Shown here one piece after another: positions 14,256-21,795 of a stretch of 32,000 bases of DNA. Each line of letters opens with the position of its first letter. Position 1 is the stretch's first letter. The notes beneath the pieces were generated by a model, which was given only the letters and a program-made list of their open reading frames with translations, ran no database searches and was not told where the DNA came from. The stretch is from Candidatus Portiera aleyrodidarum (GTDB taxonomy: Bacteria > Pseudomonadota > Gammaproteobacteria > Johnevansiales > Johnevansiaceae), in NCBI RefSeq assembly GCF_000953295.1, contig NZ_LN649255.1, positions 240,001-272,000 of the forward strand, given 5' to 3'. Position numbers and translations under genes: made by a program.

Positions 14256-14878
14256 TTTCTAATAAAATATTGTTGTATTATTGAGATTATATTATTAGTT
14301 ATCCAATAAATTAATAAACATGAGGGAAACCATAAAAAGAAAAAAGTAAAAAATATAGGTAATAACTTTATTAAGTTATTTTTATAATAATTCTCTTTAT
14401 TATTTAATTTTTGTTGAATTAATATAGAAAAACCCATAATTACTGGTAAAATAAAAAAAGGATCCATTACAGCTAAGTCTTTTATCCATAAAATAAATGG
14501 TGATTTTTTTAATTCTATTGAATTTCTTAAAGTCCAATATAATGAAATAAAAATTGGGGTTTGTATAATAAGAGGTAAACAACTATTTAATGGATTTATT
14601 TTTTCTTTTTTATATATTTTTATTATTTCTCTTGTTATTCTTTTTTTATCATTTTTATATATTTTTTCTATATTATTTAATATAGGTTTTATTTTACGTA
14701 TTTTTATTACTGTTTTATAAGAGATATAGGATAAAGGTAAGAAAAGAATTTTTATTATAAGGGTTAATAATATTATTGAAAAACCCCAATTTAAAATAAA
14801 AAAATTTATTTTACAAAGTATCCAATATATTGGTTCTGATATAAACCATAACTTCCCATTATTTATTATTTTTTCCAA
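14234..14878 (-). CDS. yidC: Membrane protein insertase YidC, core-only form (214 aa)
   Basis: KLWFISEPIYWIL...NWGFSIILLTLIIKILFLPLSY, EKINPLNSCLPLIIQTPIFISLYW, FILWIKDLAVMDPFFILPVIMG and FFFLWFPSCLLIYWITNNIISIIQQ align with the C-terminal TM2-TM6 core of E. coli YidC. Nothing corresponds to TM1 or the periplasmic P1 domain. Confidence 0.88.
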   Translation of the reverse strand: MEKIINNGKLWFISEPIYWILCKINFFILNWGFSIILLTLIIKILFLPLSYISYKTVIKIRKIKPILNNIEKIYKNDKKRITREIIKIYKKEKINPLNSCLPLIIQTPIFISLYWTLRNSIELKKSPFILWIKDLAVMDPFFILPVIMGFSILIQQKLNNKENYYKNNLIKLLPIFFTFFFLWFPSCLLIYWITNNIISIIQQYFIRKWIKKNI

Positions 14879-14901
14879 ATTCTTTTCTTTTTTTTTATTT
14901 T

Positions 14902-15222
14902 TTAATTTATAATAAAATTAAAAATTTTTTTTAAAAATATTTTTATATTAAATTTTAATATATTATTTTTTATATGTAAAATAATATAAAGACTAATAAT
15001 ATTATATTGATACAATCTTATATATTCTTTAATAATTCTTTTAAAAAAATTACGATGTGTTGATTTATTAATATTTTTTTTTTTTATAAATATATAAAAA
15101 TATATTTTATTATTTGGAAGACATCCAATAATAATTAAATTATTATTAATCAACTTAAAATTATAAAAATTTTTTATTTTCTTTTTGAATTCAGATTTAT
15201 TTTTTTTTATTCTATATTTCAT
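14902..15222 (-). CDS. rnpA: RNase P protein component
   Basis: Sits immediately after rpmH in the conserved rpmH-rnpA pair, with a 1-nt TAATG overlap. Very basic, 106 aa. The RNR-type motif HRNFFKRIIKEYIR matches E. coli ERNRIKRLTRESFR. Confidence 0.8.
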   Translation of the reverse strand: MKYRIKKNKSEFKKKIKNFYNFKLINNNLIIIGCLPNNKIYFYIFIKKKNINKSTHRNFFKRIIKEYIRLYQYNIISLYIILHIKNNILKFNIKIFLKKIFNFIIN

Positions 15223-15356
15223 TATTTACATATTCTATTCCGCTTTTTTTTTCTACGATTTGAAATAATTTTTCTACCATCTTTAGTTGCCATGCGTTTT
15301 CTAAACCCATGAACTCTTTTTAATTTAATTTTACTAGGTTGAAAAGTCCGTTTCAT
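15222..15356 (-). CDS. rpmH: 50S ribosomal protein L34 (44 aa; the track ORF is over-extended at its 5' end)
   Basis: [41 protein letters not shown] matches E. coli [44 protein letters not shown] at 15372-15368 lies 11 nt upstream of this Met, so I place the start at 15356 rather than 15416. Confidence 0.93.
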   Translation of the reverse strand: MKRTFQPSKIKLKRVHGFRKRMATKDGRKIISNRRKKKRNRICK

Positions 15357-15419
15357 TAATATATAATCTCCTTTAAAATAATATATATATATTATAAAAT
15401 AATTTCTTAAATTCATATA
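15357..15419. promoter_or_regulatory. 63-bp divergent intergenic region between rpmH and dnaN; presumably holds the divergent promoters and the rpmH Shine-Dalgarno
   Basis: It is the only non-coding DNA between two divergently oriented gene strings. It contains the rpmH AGGAG. Specific -10/-35 elements cannot be called in near-pure A+T sequence. Confidence 0.35.
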
Positions 15420-16565
15420 ATGAAATTTATAATTTCTAGAGAAAATTTAATTAAACCACTTAACTTATTAATAGGATTAATTACTAAGCAGCAAACTATA
15501 CCTATTCTTTCTAATATTTTAATTAAAGTATATAAAAAGAATTTCATAAAAATGATTAGTTCTAATTTAGAAATGGAATTAATAAGTAATATATATATTA
15601 AAAAAAAGATAAAAAAAATTGGTTCTCTAACTGTATCAGCTATAAAATTAATGTATATCTGCAAATCTTTACCAGATAAAACAAATATTAAATTTGAAAC
15701 TATAAATAATAAAGTATTTATTTCTACTAAAAATTCAAAATTTATTTTATCTACTATAACTTCAGAATTATTTCCAAAATTCGATATAAATAAGAAAAAA
15801 AATTTAAAAATAAAAATAAATAAAAATATATTAAAAAATTTAATAAAATTAACTTATTTTTCTATGGCTGAAGAAGATATAAGATATTATTTAAATGGTA
15901 TGTTATTAGAAATAAATAAAAATACTATAATTTCTGTTGCTACAGATGGTCATAGATTAGCTTTATGTTCAAAATATATGATGAATAATTTTTATTATGG
16001 TTTAAAAAAAATAATTTTACCAAGAAAAAGTATTTTACTTTTAATACGTTTATTAAATGAAAATGATGAAATAATTAAAATAACTATTGGAATAAATTTT
16101 TTAAAAATAAAAATAAAAAATTTTATATTTATTACTAAAAAAATTAATGGGCAATTTCCAAATTATAAAGAAGTAATACCTACTTTATATAATAATCGTA
16201 TATTAATAAATAAAAATGAATTACGTTTAGCTTTGATCCGTAGTGCGATTTTTTCAAAAGAAAAAAATAAAAATATAATTTTTAAATTTCTACCTAAAGC
16301 ATTATATATTAAATCAATAAATTCAGAAAAAGAAATTGTAAAAGAATATCTTGAAATTAATTATAATGGTAAAAAAATAGAAATTGGTTTTAATGTAGAT
16401 TATTTAATAGACGTATTAAATGTTATAGAAAATAAATATATATATATCTCTTTATATAATTCAAAAAATAGTATTTTAATAGAACCGATAATATCCAAAA
16501 AAAATATAATTAATTTTAATAATGAATATAAATATAAATATATTGTAATGCCTATTATTATTTAA
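15420..16565 (+). CDS. dnaN: DNA polymerase III beta sliding clamp
   Basis: [21 protein letters not shown] matches E. coli MKFTVEREHLLKPLQQVSGPL. Also [28 protein letters not shown] and 381 aa. Confidence 0.93.
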   Translation: MKFIISRENLIKPLNLLIGLITKQQTIPILSNILIKVYKKNFIKMISSNLEMELISNIYIKKKIKKIGSLTVSAIKLMYICKSLPDKTNIKFETINNKVFISTKNSKFILSTITSELFPKFDINKKKNLKIKINKNILKNLIKLTYFSMAEEDIRYYLNGMLLEINKNTIISVATDGHRLALCSKYMMNNFYYGLKKIILPRKSILLLIRLLNENDEIIKITIGINFLKIKIKNFIFITKKINGQFPNYKEVIPTLYNNRILINKNELRLALIRSAIFSKEKNKNIIFKFLPKALYIKSINSEKEIVKEYLEINYNGKKIEIGFNVDYLIDVLNVIENKYIYISLYNSKNSILIEPIISKKNIINFNNEYKYKYIVMPIII

Positions 16566-16576
16566 AAATTAAAAAC

Positions 16577-18838
16577 ATGTCTAATTCTTCATATAATTCA
16601 TATAATATAAAAATATTAAAAGGTTTAGATCCTGTAAAAAAAAGACCTGGTATGTATATTGGTAATACAGATGATGGGACTGGTTTACATCATATGATTT
16701 TTGAAATTATTGATAACTCTATTGATGAATATTTAGCTGGTTATTGTAATAAAATAATTATTAAGATTATTAAAAATCATATAATAAAAATTGAAGATAA
16801 TGGAAGAGGAATACCTATTGATATACATTCTGAAGGAAGATCTGCAGCTGAAATAATAATGACAGTATTACATGCTGGGGGAAAATTTGATAATAAATCT
16901 TATAAAATTTCAGGAGGGTTACATGGGGTGGGTTTATCTGTTGTAAATGCTTTATCTGAATATATTATATTATTTATTTATAGAAATAATAAAATCTACA
17001 AACAAATTTATTTTAATGGTATCCCTTTAAAGCCATTAAAAATTTTTGGTAAAACAAAAAAAACAGGAACAAAAATAATTTTTAAACCTTCAAAAAAAAT
17101 ATTTATAAATACAAAATTTAATTATAATTATATATATAAAAGATTAGAAGAATTATCTTATTTAAATAACAAACTAAAACTACTTTTAATAAAAAAAGAA
17201 AAAAAAATCTTATTTTTTAATGAAGGCGGAATAAAATCTTTAATAAAATTACTTAATAAAAATGAAAATACAATATGTCCTATATTTTATTTAAAAACAA
17301 AAACAGAAAAGAATATATATATTGAAATAGCAATACAATGGAATAATTCTTATAATGAAATATTAAAATGTTATACAAATAATATACCACAAAATGATGG
17401 GGGTTCTCATTTAATGGGTTTTCGTACAGCATTGACTAAAAGTTTTAAACTTTACATTGAAAATGAAAAAATAAAAAATAAATATAATATAAATAGTGAA
17501 GATATAAAAGAAGGAATAACAGCAATAATAGCAATAAAAATGCAAAATCCAAAATTTTCTTCACAAACAAAAAATAAATTAATTTCATCAGAAATAAAAA
17601 TAGCTGTAGAAAAAGAATTAAATAAAAATTTTTCTAATTATTTATTAGAACATCCTAAAGAATCAAAAAATATTATAAATAAAATTCTTAATTCTGCAAA
17701 AATAAGATATGAATCACGTAAAGCAAGAGAATTTGCAAAAAAAAGAATTGATTTAGATATTACTAAATTACCAGGTAAATTATCAGATTGTCAAGAAAAT
17801 AATCCAAAAAAATCTGAATTATATATAGTTGAAGGTGATTCAGCTGGAGGTTCAGCTAAACAAGGTAGAGATAGACGTACACAGGCAATTTTACCATTAA
17901 AAGGTAAAATAATAAATGTAGAAAAATCAGGTTTTGAAAAAATAATATATTCAAATGAAATAAGTACATTAATCACGGCATTAGGTTGTGGAATTGGAGA
18001 AAAAGAATTTAATATAAAAAAATTAAGATATCATACAATAATTATTATGACAGATGCAGATGTTGATGGATCACATATTAGAACATTATTATTAACTTTT
18101 TTCTTTAGATATATGCCAAAAATTATTGAAAAAGGTTATATTTATATAGCTAAACCACCTTTGTTTAAATTAAAATATGAAAAAAAAGAAATTTATATAA
18201 AAAATGAAAAAGATTTAAATAAAAATATAATTAATATATGTTTAAAAGAAATAAAAATTTTAATTAATAAAAAAAAAATATGTATAAAAAAAATACTTTT
18301 ATTTTATATTAAGTTTTATAAATTTTCAAAAAAATTAAAAATAAATAATTTAAAAAAATTAATTTTTTTAAAAAAAATAGAAAAAAATTATTTTAATGAT
18401 ATATATTATAAAAATATTTCTTTGATAAACGATAAGAATATTCTAAAAAATAAATTTTTTTTTAAATCTAAAAAATATTTATTATTAATAAAATTAAAAA
18501 AACAAATAAATAAATTAAATAATTTTAAAAATAAAATTTATTTATTTTTTAAAAATAAACAAAAAATCTTTTATAATATATATGATTTAATTCTTTATAT
18601 AATTAATAAATTTTTATATAAAAATCTTAATATACAAAGATATAAAGGATTAGGAGAAATGAACCCTAAGCAATTATGGGAGACGACAATGAACCCATTA
18701 AAAAGAATAATATTAAAAATAACTATAAAAAACATTTTAAAAGCAAATTTAATTTTCAACAGCTTAATGGGTGATAAAGTTAAACCAAGGAGAACTTTTA
18801 TAAAAAGTAATGCATTAATTGCTAATCTTGATATATGA
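16577..18838 (+). CDS. gyrB: DNA gyrase subunit B (753 aa)
   Basis: IKILKGLDPVKKRPGMYIGNTDDGTGLHHMIFEIIDNSIDE, GGLHGVGLSVVNALS, EGDSAGGSAKQGRDR, PLKGKIINVE, IMTDADVDGSHIRTLLLTFF, QRYKGLGEMNP. Stop codon TGA at 18836-18838. Confidence 0.97.
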   Translation: MSNSSYNSYNIKILKGLDPVKKRPGMYIGNTDDGTGLHHMIFEIIDNSIDEYLAGYCNKIIIKIIKNHIIKIEDNGRGIPIDIHSEGRSAAEIIMTVLHAGGKFDNKSYKISGGLHGVGLSVVNALSEYIILFIYRNNKIYKQIYFNGIPLKPLKIFGKTKKTGTKIIFKPSKKIFINTKFNYNYIYKRLEELSYLNNKLKLLLIKKEKKILFFNEGGIKSLIKLLNKNENTICPIFYLKTKTEKNIYIEIAIQWNNSYNEILKCYTNNIPQNDGGSHLMGFRTALTKSFKLYIENEKIKNKYNINSEDIKEGITAIIAIKMQNPKFSSQTKNKLISSEIKIAVEKELNKNFSNYLLEHPKESKNIINKILNSAKIRYESRKAREFAKKRIDLDITKLPGKLSDCQENNPKKSELYIVEGDSAGGSAKQGRDRRTQAILPLKGKIINVEKSGFEKIIYSNEISTLITALGCGIGEKEFNIKKLRYHTIIIMTDADVDGSHIRTLLLTFFFRYMPKIIEKGYIYIAKPPLFKLKYEKKEIYIKNEKDLNKNIINICLKEIKILINKKKICIKKILLFYIKFYKFSKKLKINNLKKLIFLKKIEKNYFNDIYYKNISLINDKNILKNKFFFKSKKYLLLIKLKKQINKLNNFKNKIYLFFKNKQKIFYNIYDLILYIINKFLYKNLNIQRYKGLGEMNPKQLWETTMNPLKRIILKITIKNILKANLIFNSLMGDKVKPRRTFIKSNALIANLDI

Positions 18839-18851
18839 TAAAGATATTATT

Positions 18852-18925
18852 AGGCTTATAGCTCAATAGGTTAGAGCAGAGGACTCATAATCCTTTGGTT
18901 GTAGGTTCAAATCCTACTAGGCCTA
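18852..18925 (+). tRNA. Elongator-type tRNA with anticodon CAU; most likely tRNA-Ile2 (lysidine-modified, ileX-like), alternatively elongator tRNA-Met
   Basis: Hand-folded cloverleaf: acceptor aggctta/taggcct (one G-U pair), D arm gctc-aataggtta-gagc, anticodon arm gagga-ctCATaa-tcctt, variable tggtt, T arm gtagg-ttcaaat-cctac, discriminator A, no CCA. Positions 1-72 are paired and the anticodon stem lacks 3 G-C pairs, so it is not an initiator. G27-U43 and C4-G69 resemble E. coli ileX as I remember it. Confidence 0.9.
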
Positions 18926-20840
18926 TAAAATCAGCTAGAGTTATAAAGATATTGTTTATATATATTAATAATAAAATATTATTTTTAGAAAAAATATTTT
19001 TAGTTCTAAAAATTTTTATATTATTTATAAAATAATTTGTTTTTTTATATATAAGATATATATAAAAAAATATATCTTTATAATTACAAATTCCTTTTTT
19101 TATTAAATAATAAAAATTATTTATATAAAAATTAATTGAATTAAATAAATTATATTCTAGATTTTTTTTAAAAAATTTAATATTTACTTTTTTAAATAGA
19201 AATAAAGTTTTATATAAATTTTTATATTTTTTTATAAAATTAATAATTCTTTTATTTAAAAAAATTATTTTATATATAAGTTTTTTTTTATTTAATAAAA
19301 AATTTATATTTTTAATACGTCTAAATAAATCATATGGACAAAAACTTGTAGATTTTATAGAAAAATATATTTTTTTATTCATATTATTTTTTTTTATTAA
19401 ATATATTATTTTTTCCAATAAAAACTTTAATATTTGTTTTATAAAAATATTTTTATTTAAAATATAGTTATTATATTGAGAAATAGAATAATTAATTAAT
19501 AAAAATAAATCTAAATTATATTCATTAAAAATAATAATTTTTAATATTCTATATGCTATTCTTCTTGTAAAAAAAATATCTGCACTACTGCTGGGTATAT
19601 AACCTATATAAAAATAACCTATTAAATCATCAAATTTATTTGATAATGATAAAGATATTCCTTCTTTAGTATACGGTAATAAATTATTATATTTATTTGG
19701 TAAATATTGTTGATAGATTGTTTTATAAACTTCTTTTTTTTCTTTGTTTATAAAAGAATAATAAGAACCAATAAACCCTTTAAAAAAATTAAATTCTTTA
19801 ACAAAAGATGTAATAAAATCACATTTTGATAAATATGCAGATCTTATAGCAAGTTTTAGATTCCCCCCTATATATAGAATATATTTTTTTATAGAATTTA
19901 TAATTCTACGAGTTTTATCAGCTAAACTACCTAATTTATATTGAAAAATTACTAATTCTAAATCTTTATATCTTTCATATAATTTTTTTTTAAAATCATA
20001 TAATAAAAAAAATAAAATATCATTAAAAAAAATATTAATATTTTTTTCATTATTTAATATTAATTTATGTTTATTTAAAGTATTTAAATTAACAATAATA
20101 ATATATTTATTTGTTATCAAGTTTTTTTTATAAAATAAATTAAAACTTTTTTTTTTATCTTTTATAAGAAATATTAATATTTCTTTAGGTAATTTTTTAA
20201 AAATTTTATTAAAAGTTATAATCATAGCTACTGGCCATTCTACTAACTTAGCAATATATACTAATATCTTTTTATCTAAATTTACTAATAAATTATTTTT
20301 TTTAGCAAGATATAAAATCATATTCCTAATAATTTCAAGTCTATAATTAAAATCAACAAGTGTATAACCTGGATATTTTAATTTTAATAAATATTCATTA
20401 CTATTATTTAATATAATCTCTTTATTATAATGTATTACATGTCCATAAGATTTTCTATTTGAAATAAAATTGAATAAGTTTATTTTTATGACATCATTAT
20501 TAAATAATACTAATAACCAATTTACAGGTCTTATAAATTTATAATTATTTTTTCCCCATCTCATTTTTTGAAAGTTTGATTTATTATTTAATAATATATT
20601 TAAAGAAATTTGTATTATATTTTTTATATATAATTCTTTTTTATAAACTAATTCTTTTTTAGAAAGAATATTATTAATTAATAATGCAATACGTTTAGAA
20701 GTTGTAAAAATCTTAATACTTTTAAAAGAAAAATATTCTTTATAAAAATTAGTTCTTAAATTTTTTATAAAATTATTAAGAAGATTATGATAATTATTTG
20801 GTAAATCCTCAAACCCAATTTCAATAAGTAAGTTATTCAT
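18885..20840 (-). CDS. glyS: Glycyl-tRNA synthetase beta subunit (diverged, 651 aa)
   Basis: Lies immediately downstream of glyQ, as in the glyQS operon. N-terminus MNNLLIEIGFEDLP matches E. coli FLVEIGTEELP. The length is close to the ~689-aa E. coli protein. The last 41 nt, including the stop codon, are antisense to the CAU tRNA. Confidence 0.88.
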   Translation of the reverse strand: MNNLLIEIGFEDLPNNYHNLLNNFIKNLRTNFYKEYFSFKSIKIFTTSKRIALLINNILSKKELVYKKELYIKNIIQISLNILLNNKSNFQKMRWGKNNYKFIRPVNWLLVLFNNDVIKINLFNFISNRKSYGHVIHYNKEIILNNSNEYLLKLKYPGYTLVDFNYRLEIIRNMILYLAKKNNLLVNLDKKILVYIAKLVEWPVAMIITFNKIFKKLPKEILIFLIKDKKKSFNLFYKKNLITNKYIIIVNLNTLNKHKLILNNEKNINIFFNDILFFLLYDFKKKLYERYKDLELVIFQYKLGSLADKTRRIINSIKKYILYIGGNLKLAIRSAYLSKCDFITSFVKEFNFFKGFIGSYYSFINKEKKEVYKTIYQQYLPNKYNNLLPYTKEGISLSLSNKFDDLIGYFYIGYIPSSSADIFFTRRIAYRILKIIIFNEYNLDLFLLINYSISQYNNYILNKNIFIKQILKFLLEKIIYLIKKNNMNKKIYFSIKSTSFCPYDLFRRIKNINFLLNKKKLIYKIIFLNKRIINFIKKYKNLYKTLFLFKKVNIKFFKKNLEYNLFNSINFYINNFYYLIKKGICNYKDIFFYIYLIYKKTNYFINNIKIFRTKNIFSKNNILLLIYINNIFITLADFIGLVGFEPTTKGL

Positions 20841-20865
20841 TATATTTTATAATTTTTTCTAATTT

Positions 20866-21729
20866 TTATATATTTGTTTTTATATATTTTTTTGCAATTT
20901 TACAAGCCATAGACCTGACACGATATATATATATTTTTTTTTCTAAAAAATCTATAACATTACAAGAATCTAATAAATTTAAAATATGTGATGATTTTAA
21001 TAATTTTTCATAAGCAGGTATTATTAAATTTTTTTTTAATAAATTTATACAATCTTTCTCATAATTTATAAATTTTTTTAATAAAATTCTTTTATTTAAA
21101 AAATTTAAATTATAATTTGATTGTTCTTTTTCATTTTTAAAAAAAATTTCACCATAAGTTATATTATTATTCCATTTTATATCATAAATATTATCTAGTT
21201 CTTGTAAATGCATAGCTATTCTTTCTAGACCATAAGTAATTTCACCTGTAACAGGATAACAATCTATCCCTCCTATTTGTTGAAAATAAGTAATTTGTGT
21301 AATTTCTATATTATTTAACCAAACTTCCCAACCTAAACCCCAAGCACCTAAACTAGGTGATTCCCAATTATCTTCTATAAATTTTAGATCATTTATTTTT
21401 AAATTTATACCTAAATCTTTTAAAGAATTTAAATAAATTTTTTGAAAATTTTTTGGTGAAGGTTTAAAAATCACTTGAAATTGGTAATAATGTTGTAATC
21501 TATTTGTTTTATTTCCATATCTACCATCTTTAGGTCTTCTACAAGCTTGTATATAACACGTTTTAATAATTTCTTTTTTTTTATTTATAGAATTAAAAAA
21601 AGTAAAAGGATGAAATGTAGCTGCTCCTACTTCTATATCTAAAGGTTGTATAATTATACAACCAAATTTTAACCAATAATTTTTTAATTTAAATATTAAC
21701 TTTTCAAAAGTATTAAAAGTTATTTTCAT
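20866..21729 (-). CDS. glyQ: Glycyl-tRNA synthetase alpha subunit
   Basis: RRPKDGRYGNKTNRLQHYYQFQVIFKPSP, EDNWESPSLGAWGLGWEVWLNNIEITQITYFQQIGG and PVTGEITYGLERIAMHLQ are near-identical in pattern to E. coli GlyQ. Confidence 0.97.
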   Translation of the reverse strand: MKITFNTFEKLIFKLKNYWLKFGCIIIQPLDIEVGAATFHPFTFFNSINKKKEIIKTCYIQACRRPKDGRYGNKTNRLQHYYQFQVIFKPSPKNFQKIYLNSLKDLGINLKINDLKFIEDNWESPSLGAWGLGWEVWLNNIEITQITYFQQIGGIDCYPVTGEITYGLERIAMHLQELDNIYDIKWNNNITYGEIFFKNEKEQSNYNLNFLNKRILLKKFINYEKDCINLLKKNLIIPAYEKLLKSSHILNLLDSCNVIDFLEKKIYIYRVRSMACKIAKKYIKTNI

Positions 21730-21795
21730 ATTGTTTATTATATAAAAAAAATAATTTATTTACTATATTATTTATAAATATATATAATAAGAAAT
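21730..21795. promoter_or_regulatory. 66-bp divergent intergenic region between glyQ and ilvA (presumed divergent promoters)
   Basis: Positional inference only, since it sits between divergent gene starts. No specific motif can be supported in this A+T background. Confidence 0.3.

Noticed and set aside
14400-14582. 60-aa minus-strand ORF nested in yidC in another frame.
   Set aside because: It is a same-strand alternative frame of a gene whose annotated frame carries the conserved YidC motifs. It has no independent signal.
15357-15416. 20-codon N-terminal extension of rpmH in the ORF track ([20 protein letters not shown]).
   Set aside because: L34 orthologs begin at MKRTFQPS. An AGGAG Shine-Dalgarno sits inside the supposed extension, upstream of that Met.
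15413-15664. 83-aa minus-strand ORF overlapping the dnaN 5' region. It might have been taken for a dnaA remnant.
   Set aside because: It is hydrophobic, low-complexity sequence antisense to dnaN. It contains no DnaA AAA+ or helix-turn-helix motifs and is far too short.
18150-20840. Repetitive-looking A/T-rich stretches (gyrB insert, glyS body) that could be mistaken for tandem repeats or a CRISPR-like array.
   Set aside because: They sit inside continuous ORFs. They show no repeat-spacer periodicity and no exact repeated unit that I could find. They are compositional low complexity.
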